Part shown: piece after piece, positions 52,541-64,000 of the stretch | Layout: the number at the start of each line of letters is the position of its first letter | Position numbering within the stretch: the first letter of the stretch is position 1 | Assembly: GCF_036321535.1 (NCBI RefSeq) | Contig: NC_087436.1 | Span: 41,976,001-42,040,000, forward strand | DNA length: 64,000 nucleotides | DNA from: Camelus dromedarius | Lineage: Eukaryota | Direction of reading: 5' to 3' | Position numbers and translations under genes: made by a program | Notes under the pieces: model-generated | The model's input: the letters and a program-made list of their open reading frames with translations, nothing else | The model's database searches: none | What the model was told of the DNA's origin: nothing

Positions 52541-53709
52541 CTATTATTTTTAAGACAAAAGGTGTCCTCTTTGGGCATTCACAGTTATCAAGTGACATGT
52601 TAGGTCTTGGGAATAAGAGTTTTGCAGTGTATAACCTTTAATGCAAGGCTGACAATTCTAACCAGGTTGCAATGATATGATATTGGAACGGTTTACTGAA
52701 AACTCACTTTTATTTCTAAAATAGCCCATAAAAAAACCAAACCAGTACACCAATAAGCAGAAACCCTTAAGAAAAAGTTAGTAAGCAACCATATAAAAAA
52801 TAGCCACATGACACTTGACTTTCCTTGTATATATTGATCTGTGAATATTATTTATCTGATTAATTTCACATGTTATATTTGCTTTAATGTTATTACTCAT
52901 ACCATTATATTACTCTTACTTTTCTAATGAAATTAATGATTTAATTATATTAGTTGTTCTGAAGTATTTATAGATCTAAACAATAAGTAATAAAATGAAT
53001 TTTTAAAATTCATATATATATATATAAGACTGAGAAGCAAGTACCAATATTGTTTTAGAAAATTATGAAATCCCTTTCTATGAGTTGCATTAGTAATTTC
53101 TGCAATTTAGATCAAGATTATGCAAGTTCTCTTTTATTTAGTATTTTTTTCATCCCAACTGCAATCCTTGATGGATTGAATATTAGATTGTATCTGTAAT
53201 CACATTCAAATTTTTTGTTGATATTTCAAGAGCAATTAATCTAGATTTCACTTTTTCCTAGTCTCTGATCCACAAAAATGTAATACCCAGATATTTTTAG
53301 AGTTAATATTGAGGTAGGAAAAACTGTAAAATAATGAATGAGTATAGAAGATTATTGGCTAAATGCAGTTTCTTTGCAAAAATTGTTTCTTCATTGAAGT
53401 AAAAATTCCTCATTAGATCACAGAAAAACAAATTTTCTTGAGTCTGATTTCATCTCAAGCTGTACACATATCTATTCCAAAACAACTGTTTAATTTTAGA
53501 ACTTGTCTAATTCTGGTTCTTCTCTAGTCTAGGATTTATTAGATTATTGGGTTTGATGGTGTTGATTCCACAATGGAGAAAAATTGATGTGTAAAATAAT
53601 ACTATACTTTCAGTGAGCAGTGAGGGGATGCCAATCCCAATTTCAATTAATTTTAAAAGTAAATTTAAGAGTGTCTTTGAAATAGAAATCAAATGTGTAG
53701 CTTTCTACC

Positions 53710-53875
53710 TGTATTAGTCTTTGCAAGCTGCCATAACAAGACACCACAGAATGGGTGGGTTAAACAATAGACATTTATTTTCTCACAGTTCTGGAGGCTA
53801 GAAGTCCATGATTGAGGTGCCAGGAAATTCAGTTTCTAGGGAGACCTCTCTTCTGACTTACAGACAGCTGCCTCT
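53710..53875 (-). mobile_element. MLT1 MaLR LTR fragment
   Basis: tgtattagtctttgcaagctgccataacaagacaccacag...atttattttctcacagttctggaggctagaagtcca. Confidence 0.88.
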
Positions 53876-53988
53876 GGCATTATACTTCTCCTGAAATTCC
53901 ATGTTTAGGTGAGGTAGTGCCTGGAGCTTCTATGCCACTTTTAAGCATATGCATCTGATATTTATGGCCATTTTCACTTCTTTTTCAG

Positions 53989-54171
53989 ATCAGCATTTTC
54001 ATGACCCATTTGTCGAACTATGGGAATGACCGCCTTGGATTGTACACCTTTGTAAACTTGGCCAACTTCGTGCAGGGCTGGACCAACCTGAAACTGCAAA
54101 CTCTGCCTCCACTGCAACTAGCCCACAAGTACTTTGAACTTTTCCCTGAGCAGAAAGACCCTCTCTGGCAG
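53989..54171 (+). CDS. NDST4: NDST4 internal coding exon (183 nt, phase 0/0)
   Basis: Acceptor ttcacttctttttcag ends at 53988 and donor gtaaca starts at 54172. Translates [61 protein letters not shown], with the NDST-family [14 protein letters not shown] motif. Confidence 0.96.
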
Positions 54172-55049
54172 GTAACATTGAACATTCTATCCTGGGGTGA
54201 AAGAAGAGCGACTATCCATATGGGAATGCTGCCTTGTTTTAGGAACTCTGCGAAGATACTGAACTGGCGTTTAACGCAAACTTCTTATTCATCCCGTAGT
54301 TTCATTCTCTTCAACAATTTTTATTTGTCTTATGGATGAAGTGTTAGTATTTTTGGTTTGTTTTTCTGGGGTTTTATTGGCTGGTTGGGTCAGTTTATAA
54401 GATTTGCATTAAGGATATTGTTTTATTGTTGAAGTTTTCTCAGATCTAATCATTTTGACTTGCATTTAGCATGAGTACTAACTAGCAGTAGAAGGTTAGG
54501 TGTTGGGTGGCTAGGAAGATAGAAACCAAGGGCCACCATAATCTAAGACCCTGTAACTAGACCCTGATAAGTATGTGTACAATACAGGTGGTGTAAATAA
54601 AAAGAGGAAAAGCAGTTTTTAGAAAAGCAGAATCTGTCTTTATTATGTCTTTGTGTTATTTTTTTTAATCTAATCTTTCACCAAGATCAGATCTATTGAT
54701 AAAGAAGGAATTGTCAGTTTTAAGATTGCTTTTACAAATAGTTCATCTTTATTTGGGAGCCCCTCAGCCTCAGGGCATGAAAATGCAAACCATCTGCTTC
54801 TTAGCAGTTATCTGGGAAAATGCTACCTCCCACTCTCTTGGTTCTTTATGCATCAGATGACATTGACCCACGCAGTCAATAAGCCGGCTGCAGAGAGCAA
54901 ATCAGATAGCCCCCCCGCCAAGTAGTCAGTAGAGGAGTAGCATTGTCGTTAATGAGAGATCGCTGTGAGACAGACTTTGTACCGTCCTCTCTCCCTCTCC
55001 TGGGCTTCTCCCTATCCCATAATTCATGTTGCATGCCCCTCTGCGTCTG

Positions 55050-55170
55050 TATGGTCAGGAATTCATCCACCAGATGTTTATTGAGCATCTACTACATCTA
55101 AGACAAAGCTAGTTGCTGTAGAGAATGCAGAGAAGAGTAAAATGCAATCTTTTCTCTCAAAGTCATTGGA
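55050..55170 (-). mobile_element. L2 3' end fragment
   Basis: attcatccaccagatgtttattgagcatctactac. Confidence 0.65.
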
Positions 55171-55378
55171 AAGATTTCTTGTTATTCTTATTCACTGTTA
55201 CATATTTCAGGGTGTGTTTAAAACTTCTACAGTAGGTCATACTTTATTTTGAAGAGTTCTTCAGCAGCTGGACCAGCTATATGTTTGGTGTATAAGTTAA
55301 ATAGACAGATGAGTAGGTAAAGACATAGTTCTTGTAGTGTATATAGTCACATCAAGTAGATGTCAAAATCTTAATCTT

Positions 55379-55494
55379 TTTTGGGGGGGAGTAATTAAGT
55401 TTATTTATTTATTTCAATGGCAGTACTGGGGATTGAACACGCGACCCTCTGCATGCTAAGCACGTGCTCTACCACTGAGCTATACACTCCCCCC
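55379..55494 (-). mobile_element. tRNA-derived SINE, Vic-1-like (camelid)
   Basis: The minus strand reads GGGGGAGTGTATAGCTCAGTGGTAGAGCACG... with A box TAGCTCAGTGG and B box GTTCAATCC, then AAATAAATAAATAAACTTAATTACTCCCCCCC and an A tail. Perfect 13-bp TSD aaatcttaatctt at 55366-55378 and 55495-55507. Confidence 0.9.
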
Positions 55495-58189
55495 AAATCT
55501 TAATCTTAATACTATGTGAGTTGTTTAAAATTAAAGAATTTTATGTATTGATACTGTTTTGACATCAGTGACACTGGCCATTTTATTAGGGAATGAATAT
55601 AATCAAAGACAAGCCAGCTCCAATATGACCTGGTCAACATGACGATTCTAAATATTGATTGAATGTTTGTTAAATATGAAATATTGCACTAGTTGATTGG
55701 GGGTATAAATGAAAATTAGAAACAGAAAATAGAATTGTTCCTTAGAGAACTGTGCCACTTAGGAAGATATGAGAACATATACAGATACACACACATGCAC
55801 AAAATATTGCATGTGTGACTATTTTAATTTTGAATAGCATCATAGAAGTAAATTCCTAGGGAGTTCTTAATAAATATTATGATTAGTCAGAAAAGGTTTC
55901 AAAGAGTTCACTGTTGTAGCTGTCATTTTTATGTCTAGAAATTTTCATAAGTATTATCAAACCCACTTAGTATAAGAATTTTCAAATAACACTCAAGAGT
56001 AAATGTTTACTAAAAGACTCCCATTTTATCATGTGAATGATATTATTTATATGGTTTCTTCTGACTGAAAAATAAAGTTGTGAACCTCTCTCCTTAACTA
56101 AAATGCCATATATTCTCAAATATATTTAAGAAGGAAAACAAGGAATAGAACGCAGAATGACAGTTAAACTCAAGAGGGAGTTCTCCAGGTGCATGAGCTT
56201 TTGAGCAAATCTGAAGCAAATCTGATGAACTTTGCCAGTCATAAATGATGTCAGAAAACTGCAACGGTCAAGTAAAGATAAAGGACATAATACTTTCTGA
56301 GTTCCCTTCCCTGGTGGTTTTCCCTTCTCATATTCGTATTAACAATAGCAAACAAAACAGCTGTAAGCACTATCATCGTGACTTTTGTACAGTATGAATT
56401 TCATTTTACAAAAAAAGTATAAGCATAACCAGCACTAAGTAATAGCCCATTCATCACAACCCCACAGACTGAGGATCCATTTATATTGTGTGTCTCGGCC
56501 ATTGCTATACAGTCTCTAAATTAAATGCTGCAGGTACTTTATGGTATTTATAAGTATGCCTTCTTACTGAGTGTATTTCATTTTTAAAGTCAGTCATCTG
56601 TTATTTTTCCTTAGATTTTCAATTCACACTTTTTTATTACCACAAATGAAATGAAAACAAGCAAAATGATAATCTTCACAACTGTTTAGCGTCCTTTGGT
56701 TCCTTATATAAATTTTCATTAGCACCAACTACCATATATATGAAACCTGCTTTGTCACCTAATTAAAGAGTGCAGTATGAATATCTGTCAGTGGACAGCA
56801 TGGCAAGTACAGTGTGTACAGGATGTGTGTGCTCCCTCTGTTGGAAGGAGAGTCTTTCAAAGCTGTTTAATGTGAGAATACGTGCTGAAGGCAGACATGG
56901 GACTGTGCAGTGAGAGTGCACCCGCCCCAGTGCAGTCCCTGGTGTGTGAGAGTCTTAAAATTATACTCACAAGTTCCTACTAATTCATGGCCCTTCTTGT
57001 TTGGGTAGAATAATCACCATTAAACAAAAAAGAATAAAGTTTCCTCTCTCTCTCTCTTTTTTTTTTTTTTTTAATCTCATTATCGAAACCAAAACCACAA
57101 CATGGAGGCAGTTGGAAGGTCAGATTCTGGCACGTTCACTAATCGATGCTTTTAAGCTCTCAAGCTGTCAGGTCAGCTCAGTCTCAGGCTTCCGTCAGTC
57201 ACTCTGGAGTCTCACTGTCAATAAACATGCCAAGTGTGATGTGGATTCCTGCTTGCCCATGTGACCAAGGGAATGCTCAAAGAGCGGCAGTTTCTGTCTT
57301 TCCAGGCCAGTATCTCCAGGATTAAAAATAAGCGAAAGCAAAGCCACAGTGTGCTAAGCCTAGGGAGTGAGCACCTTCATTGATTCTAGCTGTGAAATCA
57401 TTTGACTCCAGCTTAGAAATGGTAAGACATGAGTATCTGTAATATAAACAGATCACGAGATCTAGGGACACACATACTGTAGATCCTGTTAGTCTGTGTC
57501 TGTTGAAGGAATGCTGACACAGAGAATAATAGATTGTAAGAGCAGGAGAAGAAGGTAGGGGCATCTCACCCAACTTACTGACTTTAGATCCCTAAGGAGG
57601 TTTCCCCTGGTCTTGCTAAAAGTCACTTGGCTTATTAGGGGCAAGTCAGGACCAAAGCTCAAGTTGCCTCATTCCTACTCCAGTGTAGTTCCAGCCACAC
57701 CCAAGACAGTAATTTTACACTTAGGAAAAGGAATCTACTTGTGTCATCAACTGTCTTTGTAGAATGAAATATTGGGAATACCTTGTTTCTTCCGAAGAAT
57801 CTGGTAGTGTATTCAGTGTGGATACATTTGACCTATACTTTGGAAGTATCTACGTAATAAAAAGAAAGGTCTTTGCCTTTCTGGAATTTACAAACCATAA
57901 TAGCTCCTGGTTATGTGTACAAAATGGCATTTGTCAATTTGTCTTTATATGTATCCCTCTTTCTACTGCTCTGTACCTCATTTATGACTCTGTATTGCGG
58001 ACACTTGTGCTTGTCATATACCAGCTCATGCAAACTTTAAGGGGTTTGACTATGTTTATTCATTCATGTTTGTAACCTAGAACCTAGCCTGGTAGCAAGC
58101 TACTGTCGTTAAAATCTCATGAATGGATAAGCAAAAGCAAAGGGGTGTGCGTGTGCACAAAAAATAATAACAGTGACACACTAATTTCT

Positions 58190-58560
58190 TGGGGAAGGGT
58201 AGGATGTAATAGGACGTAACCCTGAGAAGCATGTCAGAGTCAGACAGGAAAGCTTTGAGAGCTACCAGGGTAATTTGGGTTTGATATGCAACAAGGAGGA
58301 ACTACCTGTGGGTTGCAAAAATGAGAGTGAAATCATTTTTTTTAAAGTGTTGCCAGTAAAGATGATGCTAGAAGCTTTTTTTCCACAACAGGTAACAGGG
58401 AGGAGCTGAAGTTAGGATAATAGTCTAGCTATGAGAGAGGAAAGCCCTGAATAGCTTCATGACTATGAGAAAAAGTGAGACCTTTGAAGAAAACGTATTA
58501 GAAATTGTTTGTGGGTGAGATGCTGAGATTAAAGGAACACTGATGTGTGAGTAATTACCC
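58190..58560 (-). mobile_element. L2 fragment
   Basis: taatttgggtttgatatgcaac...aaaatgagagtgaaatcattttt, a purine-rich L2-like body. Confidence 0.45.
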
Positions 58561-60994
58561 CTGCAGCTGGGGAAATAAGAGTGCTGTAATTTCATGTTCT
58601 TCACCGCCATTTACTCATATTTTTGCCTTTCCAGGGAAATAGCCAGAACAGTTTTTTTAATCACTTCACAGATGCAGAGCAAAGGCACAGACTTCATGAG
58701 CTGACATATTTTTCCTAATCATCATTTGGATTTATGTGTTACAATGTTACATTTCTCTTCCTAACTCAGAATAGTATTTAAACCTCTCAGGAATGCTTCC
58801 CAAATACGTAGGTAATTCTTCACAATTTTATTTAATTTACAATGAAGCACTTTACTGTTTTTGATTACACAAGGCTGTCAGACATTCTGACATCCAGAAA
58901 TGGTGACATAAGTCGTGGATTTTCCTTTCCCATCAATCAGTGGCAAGTATGATCTTGTCAGGTGTCAAATTCTCCACACAAGTAACTTACTGGGGTTTCG
59001 TCATGGAAAAACTACTTGAGGATAGCTCATAAAATAAAATTAAAATTAAAATCAAATTAAATGTTAGTATACTTTCATACATTCTGAATCAAAGTCATCA
59101 TAAAATAAATATACTTGAGTCCCTAATTCAATATAACTATTTTTTAAAAAACTGATTTCTTGTGTGTGCCCTACAAAAATATCTTGACAGCTTTAATGTC
59201 ATACTGTGAGTGAATACATTATATTAGACCAACCTATTAATAAGAGTTTAAAAATACTTTCTTTTATTGAGTTAGTTAACCAGATTCTCTGTAAGGATAT
59301 TCCATAAAACTATAAATAATAATATAAGATATTGTATGCAAGAGTGCACAGTCTTCTGTTTGGAGATACTCAGCTACAAAGTAAATGTGTCACCTTCTCC
59401 TGAGGTCAGTTTTACTTTTGAGAATATTTCATGGGAAAATACAGTCTGAATTTATTGAAATAAACATGGTGTAACATGGTGAAGAATGCATAGACACTTA
59501 CGATAAATCAGAGGGATTTTGTACTTAAAGCAACACTTACCATGCACTCACCCCAGATTCACACATGAACCACAGCTACACCCCTTTTTACCCACTCCCA
59601 CCCACAGAGATTGGCGTTGATGCTTCTCTGTAAATCGGAGCTCTTTGGTAGAAAGTCTGGGTAAGAATCAGAATATTAAGTGCTACTGTGGAGCGAGCAT
59701 TCATTAGGGATCTGTGCACTCAGAAAGGAAAGGCTTTTCCAAGGAGCTGATGGACTCACTGGTTTACTCTCTGGTTCAAGCAAGGCAGAGTCTGTGAAGA
59801 TGGTGTGTGTCTCAGAGTTTCTCCGTAAGGATTTGCTGATTGAAGCGTTGAGAATAAACATCCCTAACCTATTAAAATTCCTCATCAGTGTACCTGGATT
59901 GTGTTAGGCTTAAATGACATCAAGAGACAAAAAATTGAAAGTCACCAGCGTGTATAATACAGATTTGGAAAAGGATTTGGTTTAAAGACACGTACACGGC
60001 AAAGCTTAATAAGCAGAAGAAAATTTAAAACCACACAACCAGATGGGGAAGAAGCAGATTTCAAAAGAAAAACAAAAGCACCTTTCCTAGCATTCTTCTT
60101 GAAACAGTGAGGTCAGAACAGCGGAAGGCAAGCAGAGGGGTATGGAGCGAAAACCAATAACCTGGAAATGTTTGTAATTAACAAAATAATCCTTCTGCCA
60201 GGACCACTGGGCATTTTTAATGTCTCGGCTATTAAGGTCTAGAGGTCGCCTAGTTACCTGGAAAAGGCACACGACTTGAGAGGGGATAATCAATCTCATT
60301 GATAATTCTACCGTGTCCTTGTCAGTGAAGGATGTGGAGACACAGTGAGCAGGGAAGATTGTGAGTACAGAAAAGGCAGGTAGGTTGGAATAACCAGCTC
60401 TAATGAGAACAAAAGTTATTTTCATGTATTCTGTAAAAATATGAACTTCAAGATAAGGTCAGTAGTGTGATTTTTTAAAGTATGTGCTTTTCACTTGATT
60501 GTAAATTGGAAATTTTACTTAATGAGAAAGAGTAAATTGGGGTGCTCATCCCCTTCAAAGTAACATGATTTCATTAGAATTTACTGCCCTTTTTAAGTCT
60601 GGTTATCTCAGAGAATCTTCTGTCCACTTTGCTTATGTCTACTTAAAAGTAAATCTTCCTCACCTCATCCTATACTCCGTGTACAGAACCACCTGTCCCT
60701 CCCATACCTGTATGAAAATTAAGTCATGAACATTTTTACTATACTGGCTCTGCAACCATTAACTGCATAAAGCAATTTTAACTGAGTTTTTTCAAAGTTT
60801 CAATATACCTATAGTACGAGATACTGAAAAAAGTAAATTATTGTGTATAGCTGTTTCAGATACATGGGGAACAATCAGATAGGGATATAATTGCTTTGTA
60901 ATTTTCTGACCTTTGAAATGAAAATGCTAGCAATAGAACCAAGTATGAAAGTGCATGAAAATGCTTTTTTTTCCTTCATAATCATTGCAGAATC

Positions 60995-61031
60995 CTCTCT
61001 CTCTGTCTCACGCACACACACACACACACAC
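60995..61031. repeat. Compound (CT)n/(CA)n microsatellite
   Basis: ctctctctctgtctcacgcacacacacacacacacac. Confidence 0.9.
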
Positions 61032-61039
61032 TTTAACTG

Positions 61040-61260
61040 CAGAGACAACCTGAGCTTTAGCTTTCAAATCTGAAACTAATGTGCTGTGTCACCTTCAGCA
61101 AGACCTAAATAAAACACCTTGCATCCCAGCTTCCTCAGCTATGAAGAAGGGATAATAATATCTGTCTTGCCAGGTTGCTTTGAGGATTAGAAATAATCTA
61201 CGTCAAGCAAGTGCCTGGAATATACAAGGTGATCAATAAAAGTTAGATATTATGTTAGCT
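61040..61260 (+). mobile_element. MIR SINE
   Basis: gctgtgtcaccttcagcaag...cagcttcctcagctatgaagaagggataataata...ggttgctttgaggattagaaataat. Confidence 0.8.
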
Positions 61261-61899
61261 GTTATTCAGCCAATGTAAGGAAAGTCAGAGTAGGAAAAGT
61301 CTAAACAAACATTTTCAGAATATAAAATAGGAAATGCAGACATCCTGCTATTAGAGTTGTGATTAACAGACACAAGGGCAAACATGCCTGGAAAAGAGAC
61401 AAAAGAAGAAATATGGGTGTCCGGATAGCCCTAAAATAGCTTAACATGGAGGGAATGCAGTTATAGAGAAAGAGAGCCTGCCTAGATTGAGGTATACAGA
61501 TGCCACCAACTATACGGCACCTACAGAAGGACTAAAGTAATGCAAATTGAATTGTTAGTAATAAAAATATTCAGAATAGCAAGTGTTGTAACATCTTAGC
61601 ATTCAGGTAATTGAATTAGGATTATACAGGGGTCTTTGGGTCATCTGGTACGTTAGCCTATAGCTTCACGTTTGACTGATGAAACTCCGAGCTATTTCCC
61701 CATCAGATAATTCATATATCCCAGAAGTCTAATCACTCAGCTGTGATTAAGGGGCAGCCACCTTAGGTGCCAGTGCATTCTGACAGTGGACCCAGAAGTC
61801 TGTTCTGGGGGTGGATATCCACAATAAACCAGTCCACCGGCAAGAGTAACCTCTTTCTGTTACTTCAGTTCCCTAACTAATGTGGAGAAAAGGAAAAAT

Positions 61900-62066
61900 A
61901 AAAGCACTAGCTCATTTAACACTCTCAATAATCATATGAGGTAGGTACTATCCATTATTATTTTCTGGAGAAGGAATCTGAGGTCCAGAGAGTTTAGGAA
62001 AATGCTTGAGACAGAGGCAGTCTCCCTCCTGAGCTCACACTCTTAACAACTGGGCTATGCTGCCCC
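61900..62066 (-). mobile_element. MIR fragment
   Basis: ctcatttaacactctcaataatcatatgaggtaggtactat...gaatctgaggtccagagagtt. Confidence 0.75.
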
Positions 62067-62069
62067 TCT

Positions 62070-62333
62070 AAGATAAATAGGTCGAGATTTGCAGATACTA
62101 GCTACTATATAAAAAATAGATACACAACAAGTTTATACTGTATAGCAGAGGGAACTATATTCAATATCTTGTAGTAACCTATAATGAAAAAGAATATGAA
62201 AACAAATATATGTTTGTATATGTGTGACTGAAACATTATGCTGTATGCCAGAAATTGGCACAACATTGTAAACTGTCTATACATCAATGACATTTTTTAA
62301 AACTTGAGAAGGGAAAAAAAATAAAATAAATAA
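62070..62333 (+). mobile_element. Relatively young L1 3'UTR end (artiodactyl/camelid type)
   Basis: gagatttgcagatactagctactatat...actgtatagcagagggaactatattcaatatcttgtagtaacctataatgaaaaagaatatg...cacaacattgtaaactg, followed by an A-rich tail. Confidence 0.88.
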
Positions 62334-62529
62334 GGAAGATTTATGGTACATATTAACTTCAATGAGAAGAACTGGCAAGATTTTGACTATGAATTGTGGG
62401 TGAAAAATAAGAGCATTACACAGAAAAATTAATTATTCAAAGATTCAGGCGCTGGTATAAGTATATCTATAGTAGCACATGCAGTATAACCGAGGCACTA
62501 AGCTGGTGTTGACAGTTTTTAGTTCAGAG

Positions 62530-62785
62530 CAGTGCTACTCAAAGTGTAGTCCATGAACAGTCTTGAATTATTTGTTGCTGATTTGCCATGAGACAGGAAG
62601 TTTGTGCCAACAGGTAAACCAACTGTATCACTAAGCAGCTGGTTGCTTCGTCCGGAATTTTCTTTTTTTTTTTTTTTTTTTTTTTCCTTGAAGCAAGATG
62701 TTCTTGTTGAAGCATGCAGTGCAGTAATTCACATTCTGACACGAGCTTTTTACCTTCTCACAGACAAGTGCTTTGAAACACACTG
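62530..62785. mobile_element. hAT-Charlie non-autonomous DNA transposon
   Basis: TIRs cagtgctactcaaagt ... gctttgaaacacactg. Degenerate 8-bp flanks gttcagag/agttagag. Internal poly-T expansion at about 62663-62685. Confidence 0.7.
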
Positions 62786-62794
62786 AGTTAGAGT

Positions 62795-63245
62795 AGAGGC
62801 AATGTTGCTATAACGATGACATTCCAAAAATACAGTGGCTAAATAAAGTAAAAATGTATCTCTCCTCAGACAACTCTCTAAAAATGGGCAGACAGTCTAA
62901 GAGAGTTAGACCGCTCTGTTTCACATGGCTGTCCAAGGTCCGGGGTTGGCAGGTGTTTGACATATGTATGGTTTCCACCTCTGAGTCCAAGGCACATGCT
63001 GCAATTGGAGCCATTTTTACAGCTGGCAGTAAGTGGAAAAGGGGAAATCTAGGGAGAGTGACTTTATCCTTAAGAGGATACCTTACATCATTTCAGCTCA
63101 CTTTCTTTAAACTGAAATTGGTCATATGAAGAGAGCTCAATTTGAGAGACTGTGAAATAGAGTCTCTAGCTGCAAAACCAAAACAAAATAGGGGATGTTC
63201 TGAAGGAAGAAAGGGAGACTAGAAAGGTTAGCCTTCTCTGCTATA
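62795..63245 (-). mobile_element. Old MLT1 (J/K-like) LTR
   Basis: gctataac...aaaatacagtggctaaataaag...catttcagctcactttc...ggtcatatg...gagactgtgaaatagagtctctagctg. Confidence 0.7.
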
Positions 63246-63549
63246 GTGAAAATTATGTTTAGAGAGTTAAGCTGAAGCTAGACTATGGAGGATTTGAGAT
63301 TGAATACTGAATAAAAAGATTACAGAAAATAGAGTCACCAGTAAAAATAAAATAAAATTTCAGTTATTATGTGAAGTACATAAGAAATTTTGAGTTTATT
63401 GGCTTGTAATTAACTCATTTTCTCACAGTTTCCAGAGATGAATTCATAAAGAAATGCAAGATGTATATGTAGTTGACTTTCTATGTAACTAGTCTTTTGT
63501 TATTACACTCTACTCGTATTCCAGCGAAAAGTGGGGATGGAAAATGCAT

Positions 63550-63975
63550 TGGGATCAAGTCTGAGGTAGGGATCTGGTTCAGTGATTTACTGAGGAAATG
63601 CTTTTAGGGAAACTCTATAAGGGAAAAAGTAAAACAAGAAAGAGACGAGGAAAGAGCTGAGCCCAGGTGTGGTCTTAGGAAAAGTTTGGCCTTGGTTGGA
63701 TCTGCAGGGAGAAAGCTAATCACGCAAACTGTCTCACCTTGAAGTAAGCAGGTCAGGCTTTTACACCCCTGTGTCAGTCAGTCTTTGGACTTGGACCAAC
63801 CCCCTGGAGAGTGGGAGAGATGCATAATTTCCTGTCAAGGGGTTCCTACTGGCCAAGGCAATACTCAGTCTCCCTAGCTGGGGGCAAAAGTGGGCTGAGA
63901 ATGGGGATAGGGTGTTGCACCGGCCAGAAATAAGGTGTTTCCTTCAGTGGAGGAAAGAGCACCCCCGCCCTGTTC
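63550..63975 (-). mobile_element. LTR16-like ERVL LTR
   Basis: gtctgaggtagggat...gtgatttactgaggaaatgct...ggcttttacacccctgtgtcagtcagtctttgg. Confidence 0.65.
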
Positions 63976-64000
63976 GACACCTCACTTCACAAGTTATACT

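Larger units (their letters stand above)
6623..53988 (+). other. NDST4: NDST4 large intron (47,366 nt, GT-AG)
   Basis: The peptide is continuous across the junction (LLNP|ISIFM), so no coding exon is missing in between. Confidence 0.92.

Noticed and set aside
55379..55494. tRNA-Ala gene
   Set aside because: It has a SINE tail, an A tract and a TSD, and lacks a proper acceptor stem, so it is a tRNA-derived SINE.
1..64000. A novel multi-gene, defence, CRISPR or operon-like system
   Set aside because: The sequence is mammalian intron-exon DNA. There are no regularly spaced repeats and no long ORFs. Apart from the NDST4 exons and decayed LINE coding remnants, no ORF resembles a protein I recognise.
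54172..64000. Next NDST4 exon (expected to begin NPCDDKRH)
   Set aside because: No matching sequence was seen, so it presumably lies beyond the window. The preceding exon was likewise not seen in 1-4417.

Overview
AT-rich mammalian genomic DNA with no prokaryotic features. The window lies inside a large + strand gene, NDST4 (heparan sulfate N-deacetylase/N-sulfotransferase 4). Three internal coding exons are visible (4418-4603, 6494-6622, 53989-54171). All have AG/GT boundaries and splice in phase 0 into one continuous peptide, [10 protein letters not shown]...[14 protein letters not shown]...[15 protein letters not shown]...DPLWQ, from the C-terminal part of the deacetylase domain. The rest is intron, including one of 47.4 kb, filled with old repeats (L2, MIR, L3/CR1, L1, MaLR/ERVL/ERV1 solo LTRs, hAT MITEs) and microsatellites. 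A tRNA-derived SINE with the Vic-1 layout points to a camelid genome. I found no evidence of a new multi-gene system. The most interesting unexplained signals are a 31-bp direct repeat 4 kb apart at an L1 breakpoint, a TGACAG-motif cluster with nested inverted repeats, a candidate poison microexon and two CpG-enriched intronic patches. Repeat family names come from recalled consensus sequences, not a database search, and the boundaries of old repeats are approximate.
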